Shown here one piece after another: positions 7,678 through 16,831 of a stretch of 26,166 nucleotides of DNA. Position 1 is the stretch's first letter, and every line of letters starts with the position of its first letter. The stretch is from IMG/VR virus record IMGVR_UViG_3300005527_000256, positions 1-26,166 of that record. One strand, given 5' to 3'. Position numbers and translations under genes: made by a program. The DNA is from a virus. Its lineage: Duplodnaviria; Caudoviricetes. The notes below the pieces were generated by a model. The model was given only the letters and a program-made list of their open reading frames with translations, did no database searches and was not told where the DNA came from.

Positions 7678-8580
7678 TTATGAGCCGCTGATTGCGCTGA
7701 CTACTGAAGAGCTTGGTGCGATAATAGTAAAGGTACCGCTGGGCTGTAGAAATCCAGCAGGGCGAACTTGATCAACTGTAAGCGTAAGAGTACCGTCTAC
7801 TAGGTCGCCTGGGGGCGGATTTGGATTTGGACCGGGATCAAAGTAATTGTCTAACCAACTCACTCGGAAAGTGATAACATTGGCAGTTCCTGTAGTATTG
7901 CTACTGACGTTGCATAACGCTTCTAGTTTCCACTGATTGGCAGCATAGGCCGAACTACCGCTTGCAGTATAAAATGTTTGATAAGAGTTCGTAAGTGAAA
8001 AGAAATTTATGCCTGCTGGGCCGCCGACAAATGTCTGTGTACCTGCGCTGCTGAGCAGATTGCTCCAAGATGTGTTTTGTGCTTCGGCTGATCCGCCTGT
8101 TCTTGAGCTGGCGAATCGAATTTTTCCACCGGCATTAAAAAAGAATCTAGCCTCCTCAGCTGTAGAAAATGTAACAGTAACAGTGGCAGTTAAAGAATTT
8201 ACCCAGGAAGATGTGAATGTTTTGTTGTCAATGGCCTCTGTGACAAATTGTCCTGTACCTAGATCAAATCTATTTGTAGTTGCTTGATCAGCAAAGGTGT
8301 CATATTGAAAATTAGGTTGGCTGGCACCATATCTTACTACGTCGCCTACAGCCACTGTGGTCAATACTGCGCCCGATCCTGTTTGATGTAATAACGCATT
8401 ATAGATGTCATATCTCAAGGCATCCCATTGAGTCTTTGTTACTGAATTCCCAGCTGCTACCAAAGAACTAAATACGGTTTGGCCGTAACCAAAATTACCA
8501 GCTCCTGTGGACATTACATTGAATATTTTTGTTCTGATTGTGTTATAATCAGTTGCAGTAATAAAATCACCGATTGCCAT
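7678..8580 (-). CDS. Putative virion structural protein (Ser/Thr/Gly/Ala-rich)
   Basis: A 300-aa ORF directly downstream of the fibre genes, with SD AAGGA. It contains TVTFSTAEEARFFFNAGGKIRF and a Pro-rich loop DPGPNPNPPPGD. The composition is typical of structural proteins. Confidence 0.65.
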   Translation of the reverse strand: MAIGDFITATDYNTIRTKIFNVMSTGAGNFGYGQTVFSSLVAAGNSVTKTQWDALRYDIYNALLHQTGSGAVLTTVAVGDVVRYGASQPNFQYDTFADQATTNRFDLGTGQFVTEAIDNKTFTSSWVNSLTATVTVTFSTAEEARFFFNAGGKIRFASSRTGGSAEAQNTSWSNLLSSAGTQTFVGGPAGINFFSLTNSYQTFYTASGSSAYAANQWKLEALCNVSSNTTGTANVITFRVSWLDNYFDPGPNPNPPPGDLVDGTLTLTVDQVRPAGFLQPSGTFTIIAPSSSVVSAISGS

Positions 8581-8589
8581 AAATTTTCC

Positions 8590-10347
8590 TTATAATACCA
8601 ATGCTTCTATAACACCTGAACCAGACTGGTGGTCTTGAAGAGCTATAGCAAAATAATCTGTATCAGATTTGTCTGCAGCCGATGCTGCGCCAAACATATT
8701 TTGAGCAGGGACCAACTTGTCCCCTTTCTTAACTGTACCTTGTACTTTTACAGGCACACGACCTTTTAGTGCAACCAATGTGCCACCATCTAATTGCGAA
8801 TTCATTATGAAACCTGGCTTACCTGACACAATACCGATAGCTCTATTACCATATGTGGCTGCTGTAATTTCTTTTACACCACCAATACATACCACTGTGC
8901 CCACTTCATATTCTTTATCTGCTAGATATTTTTCAGCAAGATCTGCATATTGCGCTGCGGTTGCTGTACCGTCAAAGGTATTGGCCAATAGATTTCCTGA
9001 ACCGTCTCTAGCTGCAATTGTGTTAGCTGTTTTTGTGGTTTTAGCAGATCTGTAATTAGGGTCTGTGTCTACTGCTGCGTCATTTATTCTAGTTCTATCT
9101 GATTTATCTACGACTCCGATAAATCTAGTAGCAGTGATGTTACCACTGCTATCTCGCAGAGCCACAGAAGTTGCTACTGCACCAAGTTCTCCAACTAGAC
9201 TGTTCAAAGACAAAGCGTTAGTGGCTGTACCTGTAACTGAACCTATCACATTGCCTGTGAGTGTTCCCGAGAAATTGCCTGAAAATATTTTTGTAACCGC
9301 GGTATAGGCCACAGAATTGTCGTCAGCAAGTATATTACCTTTGTGTACGCCTGTGGTATTTCCGGTTACATTACCAGTTAATGCCCCTGTGAATGTGGTT
9401 GAATGCACGTTAGCCCACTTAGAAACAGCAGAACCAAGAGTAAAGAAATTGTCTGTGCCTGGAATCATGCCATTTGCAGTTACAATACCAACATTACGAA
9501 GATCACTGTCCGATACTCGTATTCTCAAGGTTATAGTATTGCCTAATCTGTTTTCAATAATGGGTTCATCACCGTTTTCAACACGGATTCTTAAATCATT
9601 TTGATCACCTACTGTAAGGCCAGCATCGGCGAAAGCAATTGCATTAGTAAAGGATACCTCACCTATTCTAATATATTCGCTGGCAGCATAACCGCCTAAT
9701 CTCAATGCATTGCTTGCTGATCCCCAAAAATAGTGATCTGTAGTTGTTACTCCGGTAGTGCCGTTGGTGTTGACTAGATTGACACCTTTCTTGATCACTG
9801 AGAATCCTGTTATAGGATTTAAAACGCTATTTAGGGTGAATGCATCTTTGCTGACGATTGATATTACATCACCGCCAGATTGAAATTTTACTATGGTATG
9901 ATTGTTGTTAAGGGTGTCTTTGACTACCTGCGCCTGTACTGCCGATGCGCCTAGATCAGGCAGGGTTTCAGGGCCAATTAATACAAATTCAGTGCCAGTA
10001 TAGGCATACAGTTGTTCGGCTCCGGTATCAAACCAAAAATCACCGGCCTGCAATCCGCTGGGAGGGGTAGGACCTATCTCTGCGCCGCTGGCTGTTCTAA
10101 ACTTTGTGCCGTCGTAGAACCGAAGTTTTTTTAGGCCGCTGTCATACCAAATTTGACCAGTTATTCTTTTTGGAGGGGCCGATGTATTGGCAAAGTTTTC
10201 CAGCAAATGTAAGAAATTCTCGTTCTGTACTTCGCCGTAGCCAGCGTAATTTTTACCTACAAAACGCAAATCAGTGGTGGTATCAATGGTACCGTCGTCG
10301 ACAGAGACTAAGAACGTTCCATTAAATTTGTCTACTTGATATGCCAT
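8590..10347 (-). CDS. Tail fibre/spike-like protein with C-terminal intramolecular chaperone (Peptidase G2-like) domain
   Basis: It has the shared N-terminal module (GKNYAGYGEVQNENFLHLLENFA...GQIWYD), GNVTG-type repeats and a C-terminal ATAAQYADLAEKY...GIVS.KP...VALKGRVPVKV...GDKL. Confidence 0.8.
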   Translation of the reverse strand: MAYQVDKFNGTFLVSVDDGTIDTTTDLRFVGKNYAGYGEVQNENFLHLLENFANTSAPPKRITGQIWYDSGLKKLRFYDGTKFRTASGAEIGPTPPSGLQAGDFWFDTGAEQLYAYTGTEFVLIGPETLPDLGASAVQAQVVKDTLNNNHTIVKFQSGGDVISIVSKDAFTLNSVLNPITGFSVIKKGVNLVNTNGTTGVTTTDHYFWGSASNALRLGGYAASEYIRIGEVSFTNAIAFADAGLTVGDQNDLRIRVENGDEPIIENRLGNTITLRIRVSDSDLRNVGIVTANGMIPGTDNFFTLGSAVSKWANVHSTTFTGALTGNVTGNTTGVHKGNILADDNSVAYTAVTKIFSGNFSGTLTGNVIGSVTGTATNALSLNSLVGELGAVATSVALRDSSGNITATRFIGVVDKSDRTRINDAAVDTDPNYRSAKTTKTANTIAARDGSGNLLANTFDGTATAAQYADLAEKYLADKEYEVGTVVCIGGVKEITAATYGNRAIGIVSGKPGFIMNSQLDGGTLVALKGRVPVKVQGTVKKGDKLVPAQNMFGAASAADKSDTDYFAIALQDHQSGSGVIEALVL

Positions 10348-10369
10348 TGATCAACTCCGTTGTAACTAT

Positions 10370-10375
10370 TATTTA
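10370..10375 (-). promoter_or_regulatory. T4-like late promoter motif (TAAATA)
   Basis: GATAAATAATAG lies in the 44-bp gap, upstream of SD GGAG and the ATG at 10347. Confidence 0.6.
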
Positions 10376-10391
10376 TCGTAAATACACCCAT

Positions 10392-12209
10392 TTAAACTCT
10401 GCCTACTGCTACTTCTATAACACCATTTACACCATCAAAATCTGCTAGTGCTTTGCCTATAATTGTACCTATTTGAGGACTGATTGCTTTTCTAGCATAT
10501 CCGTCACCTGCACTCATCAGCATATCGCCTTTGGATATTTTTCCTCTAACTTTGCAAGGTGCTCTACCCTGTAATGCAAGGGCAACTACATATGTACCTA
10601 CACATTCGCTGTTCATTAGATATGCAGGCGCTGTTGATACAATACCAGCCAATCTATTTGATCCGTCTTCTGCTAGAGTTACTTCAAATTCACCGCCGAA
10701 TTCAAGTACTGTACCAGGCTCATATTCTTGATCTGCTACGTATTTTTCAGCAAGATCTGCGTATTGTGCAGCAGTGGCTGTGCCTACAAAAAAGTTGGCA
10801 TGCACGTTGTTCCATTTTGCAGTGGATATTCCTAGATCAGTAGTAGCAGTATTCACTGGGATCATAGCTGGAGCATTGAGCCCTCCTAACGCTAACGCCG
10901 TGGCTGCATTTACCATAGAGATTGCAGCCGTACTTGACGGTTGTGTTGGATCAAGAATTGTGAAACGTATTCCAGAATTACGTGAATGTAATGTTGGTAT
11001 TGTAGATGCGTCTAAGTATATTCTCAAAGGCGCCACACTGGTGCTAGGTCCTCCGAGTGTGATACCGGTTGCGCCAGCTACGTCTAGAGAAGATAGTGTT
11101 CCCACATTAGTAAGATGAGAATCTACTATGTTGACTGCCAATTGTGTGCCCGTCAATGTGTTACCGTCTGCAGGTACTGTGATATTTGCACTGCCATCAA
11201 ACAGTACCGTGTTGATTGTTCTTGCTGTTTGTAATTTTGTGGCTGTAAATGCGTTGCCAGATAGCGTGGCTCCTATGAATTCGTTGGCTGATACTATGTT
11301 GAAAGTACTGGTTCCGCTAGCAGTGGTTACATTTCCAGAGACATTACCGAGCAAATTAGCAGTGATTGTGCCTGCGGAAAAATCTCCGGCACTGTCTCTA
11401 GCCACAATTTTGCCTATAACATTATTGGGACTGGCATCTACACTCCAAGTAGTGGCTGTTGAGCCATTAAAGTTTGCACCAGTTAGATAGGTGCCTCTTG
11501 TTAATGTATTAGTTGTGTTTGATGTAATTGCGATGTCTGTTTGACCATCGAAATACACACCATTTATAGTTCTACCAGGATTCAATTTACTAGCAGATTC
11601 TGCATTTCCCACCAGTGACCCAATGACTGGCCTGGCGGTTGAAATATTGGTTCCTGCCTGTAAGATTGAAAATCCAGGTATTGCGTTGGCATCATCTATA
11701 GTAAACGCATCATCAACACACACTGCCAACACTGTGCCATCTACTACTACCTTGAGGGCCGCATGTTCAGTGCCATTACTATCCCTAATTTTTTCAGCTA
11801 GAACTTTAGTCATACCAAAGCCTTCAATGGCTTCGGGTCCTATTAATTTCCATAATCCAGAATCATATACAAACAGTTGATCTGTGATATCTTTGTACCA
11901 AATGCCGCCGTCGAATCCTTCTGGCTCAGTGTCACTGATAACAGCAGATCCTACAGGAGTCCAGGCTGTACCATTATAAACATTCAGTGCGCCAATATCG
12001 GTGTTATACCATGTTTGTCCTGTGATTGGTCTAGACGGTGGATTGTCATTGGCAAAATTTTCAAGCAGAAACAAAAAATTCTCATTTTGTGTTTCACCAT
12101 AGCCAGTATAGTTTCTGCCAAGCAATCCTAGACTGGTTGAGGTATCTAGTGTGCCATCTTCTAGCACTACTAATTGCTGACCGCTAAATCTGTTTATGAT
12201 ATATGCCAT
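10392..12209 (-). CDS. Tail fibre-like protein with C-terminal intramolecular chaperone (Peptidase G2-like) domain
   Basis: It has the shared N-terminal module and two copies of a common tail-fibre motif (ASKLNPGRTINGVYFDG, ATKLQTARTINTVLFDGSANIT). The C-terminus is ATAAQYADLAEKY...GIVSTAPAY...ALQGRAPCKV...IIGKAL. Confidence 0.82.
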   Translation of the reverse strand: MAYIINRFSGQQLVVLEDGTLDTSTSLGLLGRNYTGYGETQNENFLFLLENFANDNPPSRPITGQTWYNTDIGALNVYNGTAWTPVGSAVISDTEPEGFDGGIWYKDITDQLFVYDSGLWKLIGPEAIEGFGMTKVLAEKIRDSNGTEHAALKVVVDGTVLAVCVDDAFTIDDANAIPGFSILQAGTNISTARPVIGSLVGNAESASKLNPGRTINGVYFDGQTDIAITSNTTNTLTRGTYLTGANFNGSTATTWSVDASPNNVIGKIVARDSAGDFSAGTITANLLGNVSGNVTTASGTSTFNIVSANEFIGATLSGNAFTATKLQTARTINTVLFDGSANITVPADGNTLTGTQLAVNIVDSHLTNVGTLSSLDVAGATGITLGGPSTSVAPLRIYLDASTIPTLHSRNSGIRFTILDPTQPSSTAAISMVNAATALALGGLNAPAMIPVNTATTDLGISTAKWNNVHANFFVGTATAAQYADLAEKYVADQEYEPGTVLEFGGEFEVTLAEDGSNRLAGIVSTAPAYLMNSECVGTYVVALALQGRAPCKVRGKISKGDMLMSAGDGYARKAISPQIGTIIGKALADFDGVNGVIEVAVGRV

Positions 12210-12225
12210 TTATCGCTCCGTTACA

Positions 12226-12231
12226 TATTTA
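12226..12231 (-). promoter_or_regulatory. T4-like late promoter motif (TAAATA)
   Basis: GGTTAAATATGT lies in the 26-bp gap, upstream of SD GGAG and the ATG at 12209. Confidence 0.55.
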
Positions 12232-12235
12232 ACCA

Positions 12236-14074
12236 TTAAGATACAAATACCCATGCGCCAGAAATAATCTGGAATGTTTTGACTATCCTTGAAACAATCA
12301 GCCCAGGCGCTGCCACTGTGGCGGTAGTGAAACTAATGTTATTCAATCCAAACGCTGTACCTGTTGGAGTCACAAATTCTGTTGAAGAGGTTGACAGCAA
12401 TGGATTGATGTCAAGATTAGTGGTGCTGTTGATCAACAGTGAACACAACACTCTAGCAATGGTACCGTTGTTGTACTCTGCTACCGGTGCAATCTGCTCT
12501 AATAATGTAGCAATACCTGCATTAGAAATACCGTCAGATATATCCAGGCTGAGTACAATACTTCTAGCTTTGATGGTATTATCAACATAATTTTTTGTGG
12601 CAGCATCTTGTGCAGAAGTTGGGTCTGCTACTGATTTGATTTTTTTGCTGCCTAAATTAAGACCGCCTGTGCCGTTGATAAGCAACGATAAATCGGTGTT
12701 TGATGTTGTTACCTGTATAGCGGCATCATTGAGATATAGGCTATCTACAGATAGTTGTGTTTGCACACCGAAGCTGGTTACACCCGGAATACTAGTTATA
12801 CCTGGACCAAGTGATGTACCCGACAACACAGTTACTCCGTCAATTTTAAATTCTTTACCTGTGGCTAGATTTATGTGTTCTGAACTGGTCCACGCAGCAC
12901 TGGCTAATGCAGGAATAGCATCATTGTAGCCTTCAGCAGTTGCAGTCCCGCTAGTGGCCTGTGCTGCTTGACCTACATCGTGCCATAAAAATACATGGCT
13001 GGCGGCTCCTTGTAGTACTACACCTCCGCCAGCTGCATTTGTATCTGTGGGTACAATACCAGTTTGTTTGGCCAACACTATGTTCTTATCTTCAATGGTT
13101 ACTGTGCTGGTATTCACTGTGACCACGTTTCCGTTCACAGTAAGGTCTCCCTGCACTGTGAGACTTCCACCTATTTGTACTTCACTGGTAGGAAATCCAT
13201 CATATAAATCAATTCGACGAGCATCAGCTTCTATATTGATTGCTGCTTCTGCGATAACATCTCGTCTAACGTTGAAAGTCATCTGTTTGTTTGAAGCGAT
13301 GTTAGCAATTATTAAATTACCATCTTGAACTTGAAACTGTCCTTGGTTTGCATCTCCAATAATCAACCCTAAGTTTGATGAAATAATAATCTGGCCGTTA
13401 ACAATATTACTTGTATCGTTTCTAACATATAGGCTCGCAGTCTGACCTCCAAGTTTTTCACTGTTTGTCACAGTAACATTAAACTTTAAACCAGCCAATG
13501 TTCCTGCGCTGAATCCAGGTATGATACTACCACTAAATCCGTCGATAGGCAATTTGGGAGTGAATGCATCTTTGGAAAAAATACCTAGCAATATGCCGTT
13601 GGTATAGAGGTATACCACTACTCGATTTTGATTTAATGAGTCTAAAATATTCACTACCTTTAGTCCACTAATACCTTGAAGCACAGAATAATCTGGTCCT
13701 AATAATATAGTGTTTGAACCGTCAAAGAAATACAACTGTTTTGCCAAATCATTGAACCATAGATCTCCTACACCTAGATTCAAAGGTTGTTGACTGGATA
13801 TTGTGGCAGAGCTCACTGGCACAAAACCTGTTCCACTGTAGACTTTTAATTTTAATTCGCTTACATCAAACCAAATTTGTCCTCTGATAGGACTTGTAGG
13901 TTGGCTAGAGCTGGAAAAATTTTCCAGCAGTTTGACAAAATTTTCATTAATTGATTCACCAAAGCCGCTGTAGTTTTTTCCTATGAGTGTAAGATCTGTT
14001 GATAACTCATCTATCTGACCGTCTGCCACTGTGGCTAAAATTGTTCCGTCAGTTTTGTTAATTGTATATGCCAT
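12236..14074 (-). CDS. Tail fibre-like protein
   Basis: It has the shared N-terminal module, the fibre segment GDLTVNGNVVTVNTSTVTIEDKNIVL, and a trimeric neck/stalk-like motif IKSVADPTSAQDAATKNYVD. Confidence 0.75.
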   Translation of the reverse strand: MAYTINKTDGTILATVADGQIDELSTDLTLIGKNYSGFGESINENFVKLLENFSSSSQPTSPIRGQIWFDVSELKLKVYSGTGFVPVSSATISSQQPLNLGVGDLWFNDLAKQLYFFDGSNTILLGPDYSVLQGISGLKVVNILDSLNQNRVVVYLYTNGILLGIFSKDAFTPKLPIDGFSGSIIPGFSAGTLAGLKFNVTVTNSEKLGGQTASLYVRNDTSNIVNGQIIISSNLGLIIGDANQGQFQVQDGNLIIANIASNKQMTFNVRRDVIAEAAINIEADARRIDLYDGFPTSEVQIGGSLTVQGDLTVNGNVVTVNTSTVTIEDKNIVLAKQTGIVPTDTNAAGGGVVLQGAASHVFLWHDVGQAAQATSGTATAEGYNDAIPALASAAWTSSEHINLATGKEFKIDGVTVLSGTSLGPGITSIPGVTSFGVQTQLSVDSLYLNDAAIQVTTSNTDLSLLINGTGGLNLGSKKIKSVADPTSAQDAATKNYVDNTIKARSIVLSLDISDGISNAGIATLLEQIAPVAEYNNGTIARVLCSLLINSTTNLDINPLLSTSSTEFVTPTGTAFGLNNISFTTATVAAPGLIVSRIVKTFQIISGAWVFVS

Positions 14075-14085
14075 TTGTTTTTACC

Positions 14086-16158
14086 TTAGAATGCTGGCGG
14101 ACCAGAATGAATAATATAATTCAATGTCAAAAACGGATTTATAACTGAAAATTCTTGCCCCAGTGTGCCGGATGTTTTAATACCACCCGAGCTGGGGATA
14201 TATTGACTTTGTCCCACAGTAGTTGGGCCTTTTTCTGAGAAAGATCCCACATCACTAGGAATAGCACTATCTACTCTAGTCGCAAAATATTGCTGTCCAG
14301 TTGATCCTTTCATGTTGTGTTCATGATCTGGTAGATTCAACACAGTAAGCGTGTTGGCACTTTGTCCACCGTTGTCACCAAGATTGTCGGGAGCGGTACC
14401 AGATACTCTATCTACATTTCCACCTCCTGCATCAATAAAGCCACCTGTGCTATTAGGCACAGTAAAGGCATTATCCATGTTGTCTTTTCCGAGCGGGAAT
14501 CTACCTCTAAGATCCGGTACCCTAAACGTATTGATACCGTTAAGAGCTGTTACTCCATTGTAGGTTACGCCAATAACATCATATAGGTCGGAATATTTTG
14601 TCTGTTCAAGTTCGCTGCCGTCGCACAATACATATCCATATGGAGCTTCTGCTCCGGCATAAGGCAATATGGCGCCAATCGGCACAGCTAAATCAGCAAC
14701 AAAAGTGTTTCGTGTTTCTTTGATCAGACCAAGACTGGGTCGAAAAACTAATACGGTATCTAGCGGAGTCGATATTAAAGGAAAAGGTTCATCCTTGCTA
14801 CTAATCAATGCCGAAGTCAAGGTGGTGGTAAATGTTTTGGTATTTCCTCCCACCTGGCCATCAAATATAAAAGACGGAGCTGTTACATCTCCTTCCATTT
14901 TAAATGTTGATGTAAATTTTAAGTTTGTTGCTGTAGATGCATTGCCAACAATGTTTCCGGTCAGTACTCCTTCGATGGTTTCAGCAATTAAATTTTTAGT
15001 TCTGACATTTTTCCAACGTTTCAACACTGTACCACTGTCATAAAAATCAGTAGCAGCCGGCTGCGTATTATCAAATTCGCTGACTCCGATAACTTTAAGA
15101 CCGTCACCTACCAGCAAGTTTTTTGTAATTGCAGCACCGCCAGCTGTTCTAAATGTACCGTTGTTGAAATTAGAACTTGCTGTAGTGCCTGTAAGTATTA
15201 ACGATCCATTAGTTTTAATGTTGCCATCAACATGTAAGGCTTCATCTGGCGATAACACATTGATGCCCACTGTGTTACCAATTACTCGTAGTACTGTAGA
15301 TGGAATACCATCATTGTTTATCTGTAAATCAATACTGCCACCTGGAGTTGAATCATAAATTCTAGAGGCCACATCAGATGTGGTAAGACTGAATGTGCCG
15401 TTGACTCCAATAGTGATGCCTTGATTATTTCTAACATTGATGCCAAATTCAGTAGTATTGACGATATCAGAACGCAGGAATTTAGCTGCGGGAATTTCAA
15501 CATCTGAAACAATCAACGATTCGGCAGACGTCGCAGCTCCATATATTTTGGTATCAAATCCACCAAGACCAATATTATTTTCTGTGATGTTTAGACCGGA
15601 CTTAATGGTAATAAATCCTGAAAGAGATAATTTCGGAGTAAAACTATCCTTGCTGAATATAATTACCGGGATATCTTCGATGTAAAATATCAGTACCACT
15701 CTAGATACGTTATCAGAATCTGTAATAGATTCCACTATGGGGCCGCTTCGTAATCCTGTTGAAAAGTTAGGTCCTACTAGAATCCAGCGTGTGCCACTGT
15801 AAACATACAGTTGTTGATTAGTTGTGTCTACCCATAGTTCTCCAACTTTTGACTGTTCGGTAGAAGGTTCAACTCCACCTTTTTGAATGTTGCTGGCTGC
15901 TTTCCAGGCGGTACTGTCCCATAACTGAAGAACACCGTCAGTGGTATTATACCACAACTGACCCTCAACAGGGTTCACCGGCTGTGTTTCTTTGGCAAAA
16001 TTTTCTAACAGTGCTAGGAAATTTTCAGCTATTGTCTGACCGTAGCCTGTGACATTTCTACCAGGAAATGTCAAACTGGTATCTGTGCTGGAAGTATTAT
16101 CGTATACCGTGATTGGTAACTTGTTGTCTTTGTCTGTAAAATTAACAATATATGGCAT
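14086..16158 (-). CDS. Tail fibre protein with phage tail collar domain
   Basis: It has the shared N-terminal module, a collar motif PIGAILPYAG...PYGYVLCDG...YSDLYDVIG...FRVPDLRGRFPLG, and a terminal NPFLTLNYII typical of short-fibre/MdpB-like proteins. Confidence 0.88.
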   Translation of the reverse strand: MPYIVNFTDKDNKLPITVYDNTSSTDTSLTFPGRNVTGYGQTIAENFLALLENFAKETQPVNPVEGQLWYNTTDGVLQLWDSTAWKAASNIQKGGVEPSTEQSKVGELWVDTTNQQLYVYSGTRWILVGPNFSTGLRSGPIVESITDSDNVSRVVLIFYIEDIPVIIFSKDSFTPKLSLSGFITIKSGLNITENNIGLGGFDTKIYGAATSAESLIVSDVEIPAAKFLRSDIVNTTEFGINVRNNQGITIGVNGTFSLTTSDVASRIYDSTPGGSIDLQINNDGIPSTVLRVIGNTVGINVLSPDEALHVDGNIKTNGSLILTGTTASSNFNNGTFRTAGGAAITKNLLVGDGLKVIGVSEFDNTQPAATDFYDSGTVLKRWKNVRTKNLIAETIEGVLTGNIVGNASTATNLKFTSTFKMEGDVTAPSFIFDGQVGGNTKTFTTTLTSALISSKDEPFPLISTPLDTVLVFRPSLGLIKETRNTFVADLAVPIGAILPYAGAEAPYGYVLCDGSELEQTKYSDLYDVIGVTYNGVTALNGINTFRVPDLRGRFPLGKDNMDNAFTVPNSTGGFIDAGGGNVDRVSGTAPDNLGDNGGQSANTLTVLNLPDHEHNMKGSTGQQYFATRVDSAIPSDVGSFSEKGPTTVGQSQYIPSSGGIKTSGTLGQEFSVINPFLTLNYIIHSGPPAF

Positions 16159-16160
16159 TT

Positions 16161-16820
16161 TTAGACCTCAGTGAAACTGGTTAAACTTTGAATACGTATC
16201 GTGTAGTCAATTTGTAACAGTCTATTCAATGACTTTTGCACAGGATGGAATATCACATGTGTCAACAACTTTCCGGTTCCTGATGGGTTAAAGGATATCA
16301 ATCCCAATTCATCAAACACAAAATTACCACTCATATCCACACTGTTGTCAAAGGCTTCCTGGCCATCTGGCTCACCATAGTCTAATATGCAACTGATGAT
16401 GATATCACTATAGGTGGCTCCGCTAATGTGACGGATCTGCATTTTATTTCTTATGGGGTCAACGTTTTCTATAGCGTTTTGATCTATGACTTTTTGGAAT
16501 GTTTGATTATATAGGCTGGTGTTTATGCCCACTGTATTGGGTGTTAAATAGGTAATAAGACCTGTGGGATCAACATTGGTACCGCCGTTGCCAAACACCA
16601 TTTGATATAGCGTGCCTTGACCTTGATTGCTAAGGCTGTTAACCATGGCTACACTCATGTTTTCATAATGAATTGCATTTCTTTTGTCGATTAAAACTTC
16701 GCCGGTAGTTGGATCAAATATCTTTATGTGACCTTCAAAATGAAATCCGCCGGTTTCATTGGGCAGTTTTTCAGGTTTTTCGCTGTTGTTTGGCATGATG
16801 TTTTCGTGTTGGTTATTCAT
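16161..16820 (-). CDS. Putative baseplate-associated structural protein
   Basis: A 219-aa ORF between the giant baseplate gene and the fibre genes. It contains EGHIKIFD...KRNAI, FDELGL and LLTHVIFHPVQKS..R.LQIDYTI, reminiscent of fibre-anchoring baseplate domains. Confidence 0.6.
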   Translation of the reverse strand: MNNQHENIMPNNSEKPEKLPNETGGFHFEGHIKIFDPTTGEVLIDKRNAIHYENMSVAMVNSLSNQGQGTLYQMVFGNGGTNVDPTGLITYLTPNTVGINTSLYNQTFQKVIDQNAIENVDPIRNKMQIRHISGATYSDIIISCILDYGEPDGQEAFDNSVDMSGNFVFDELGLISFNPSGTGKLLTHVIFHPVQKSLNRLLQIDYTIRIQSLTSFTEV

Positions 16821-16825
16821 AGTAG

Positions 16826-16831
16826 TATTTA
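16826..16831 (-). promoter_or_regulatory. T4-like late promoter motif (TAAATA) overlapping the upstream stop codon
   Basis: The minus strand reads GAATAAATACTACTATG, placing the motif 5 nt before the ATG at 16820. Confidence 0.45.

Noticed and set aside
8927-10760. Diversity-generating retroelement (TR/VR pair) or invertible fibre cassette suggested by similar fibre C-termini
   Set aside because: The exact identity is only 20 bp and in direct orientation. No adenine-specific mismatch pattern is evident, and there is no reverse transcriptase or invertase in the window.
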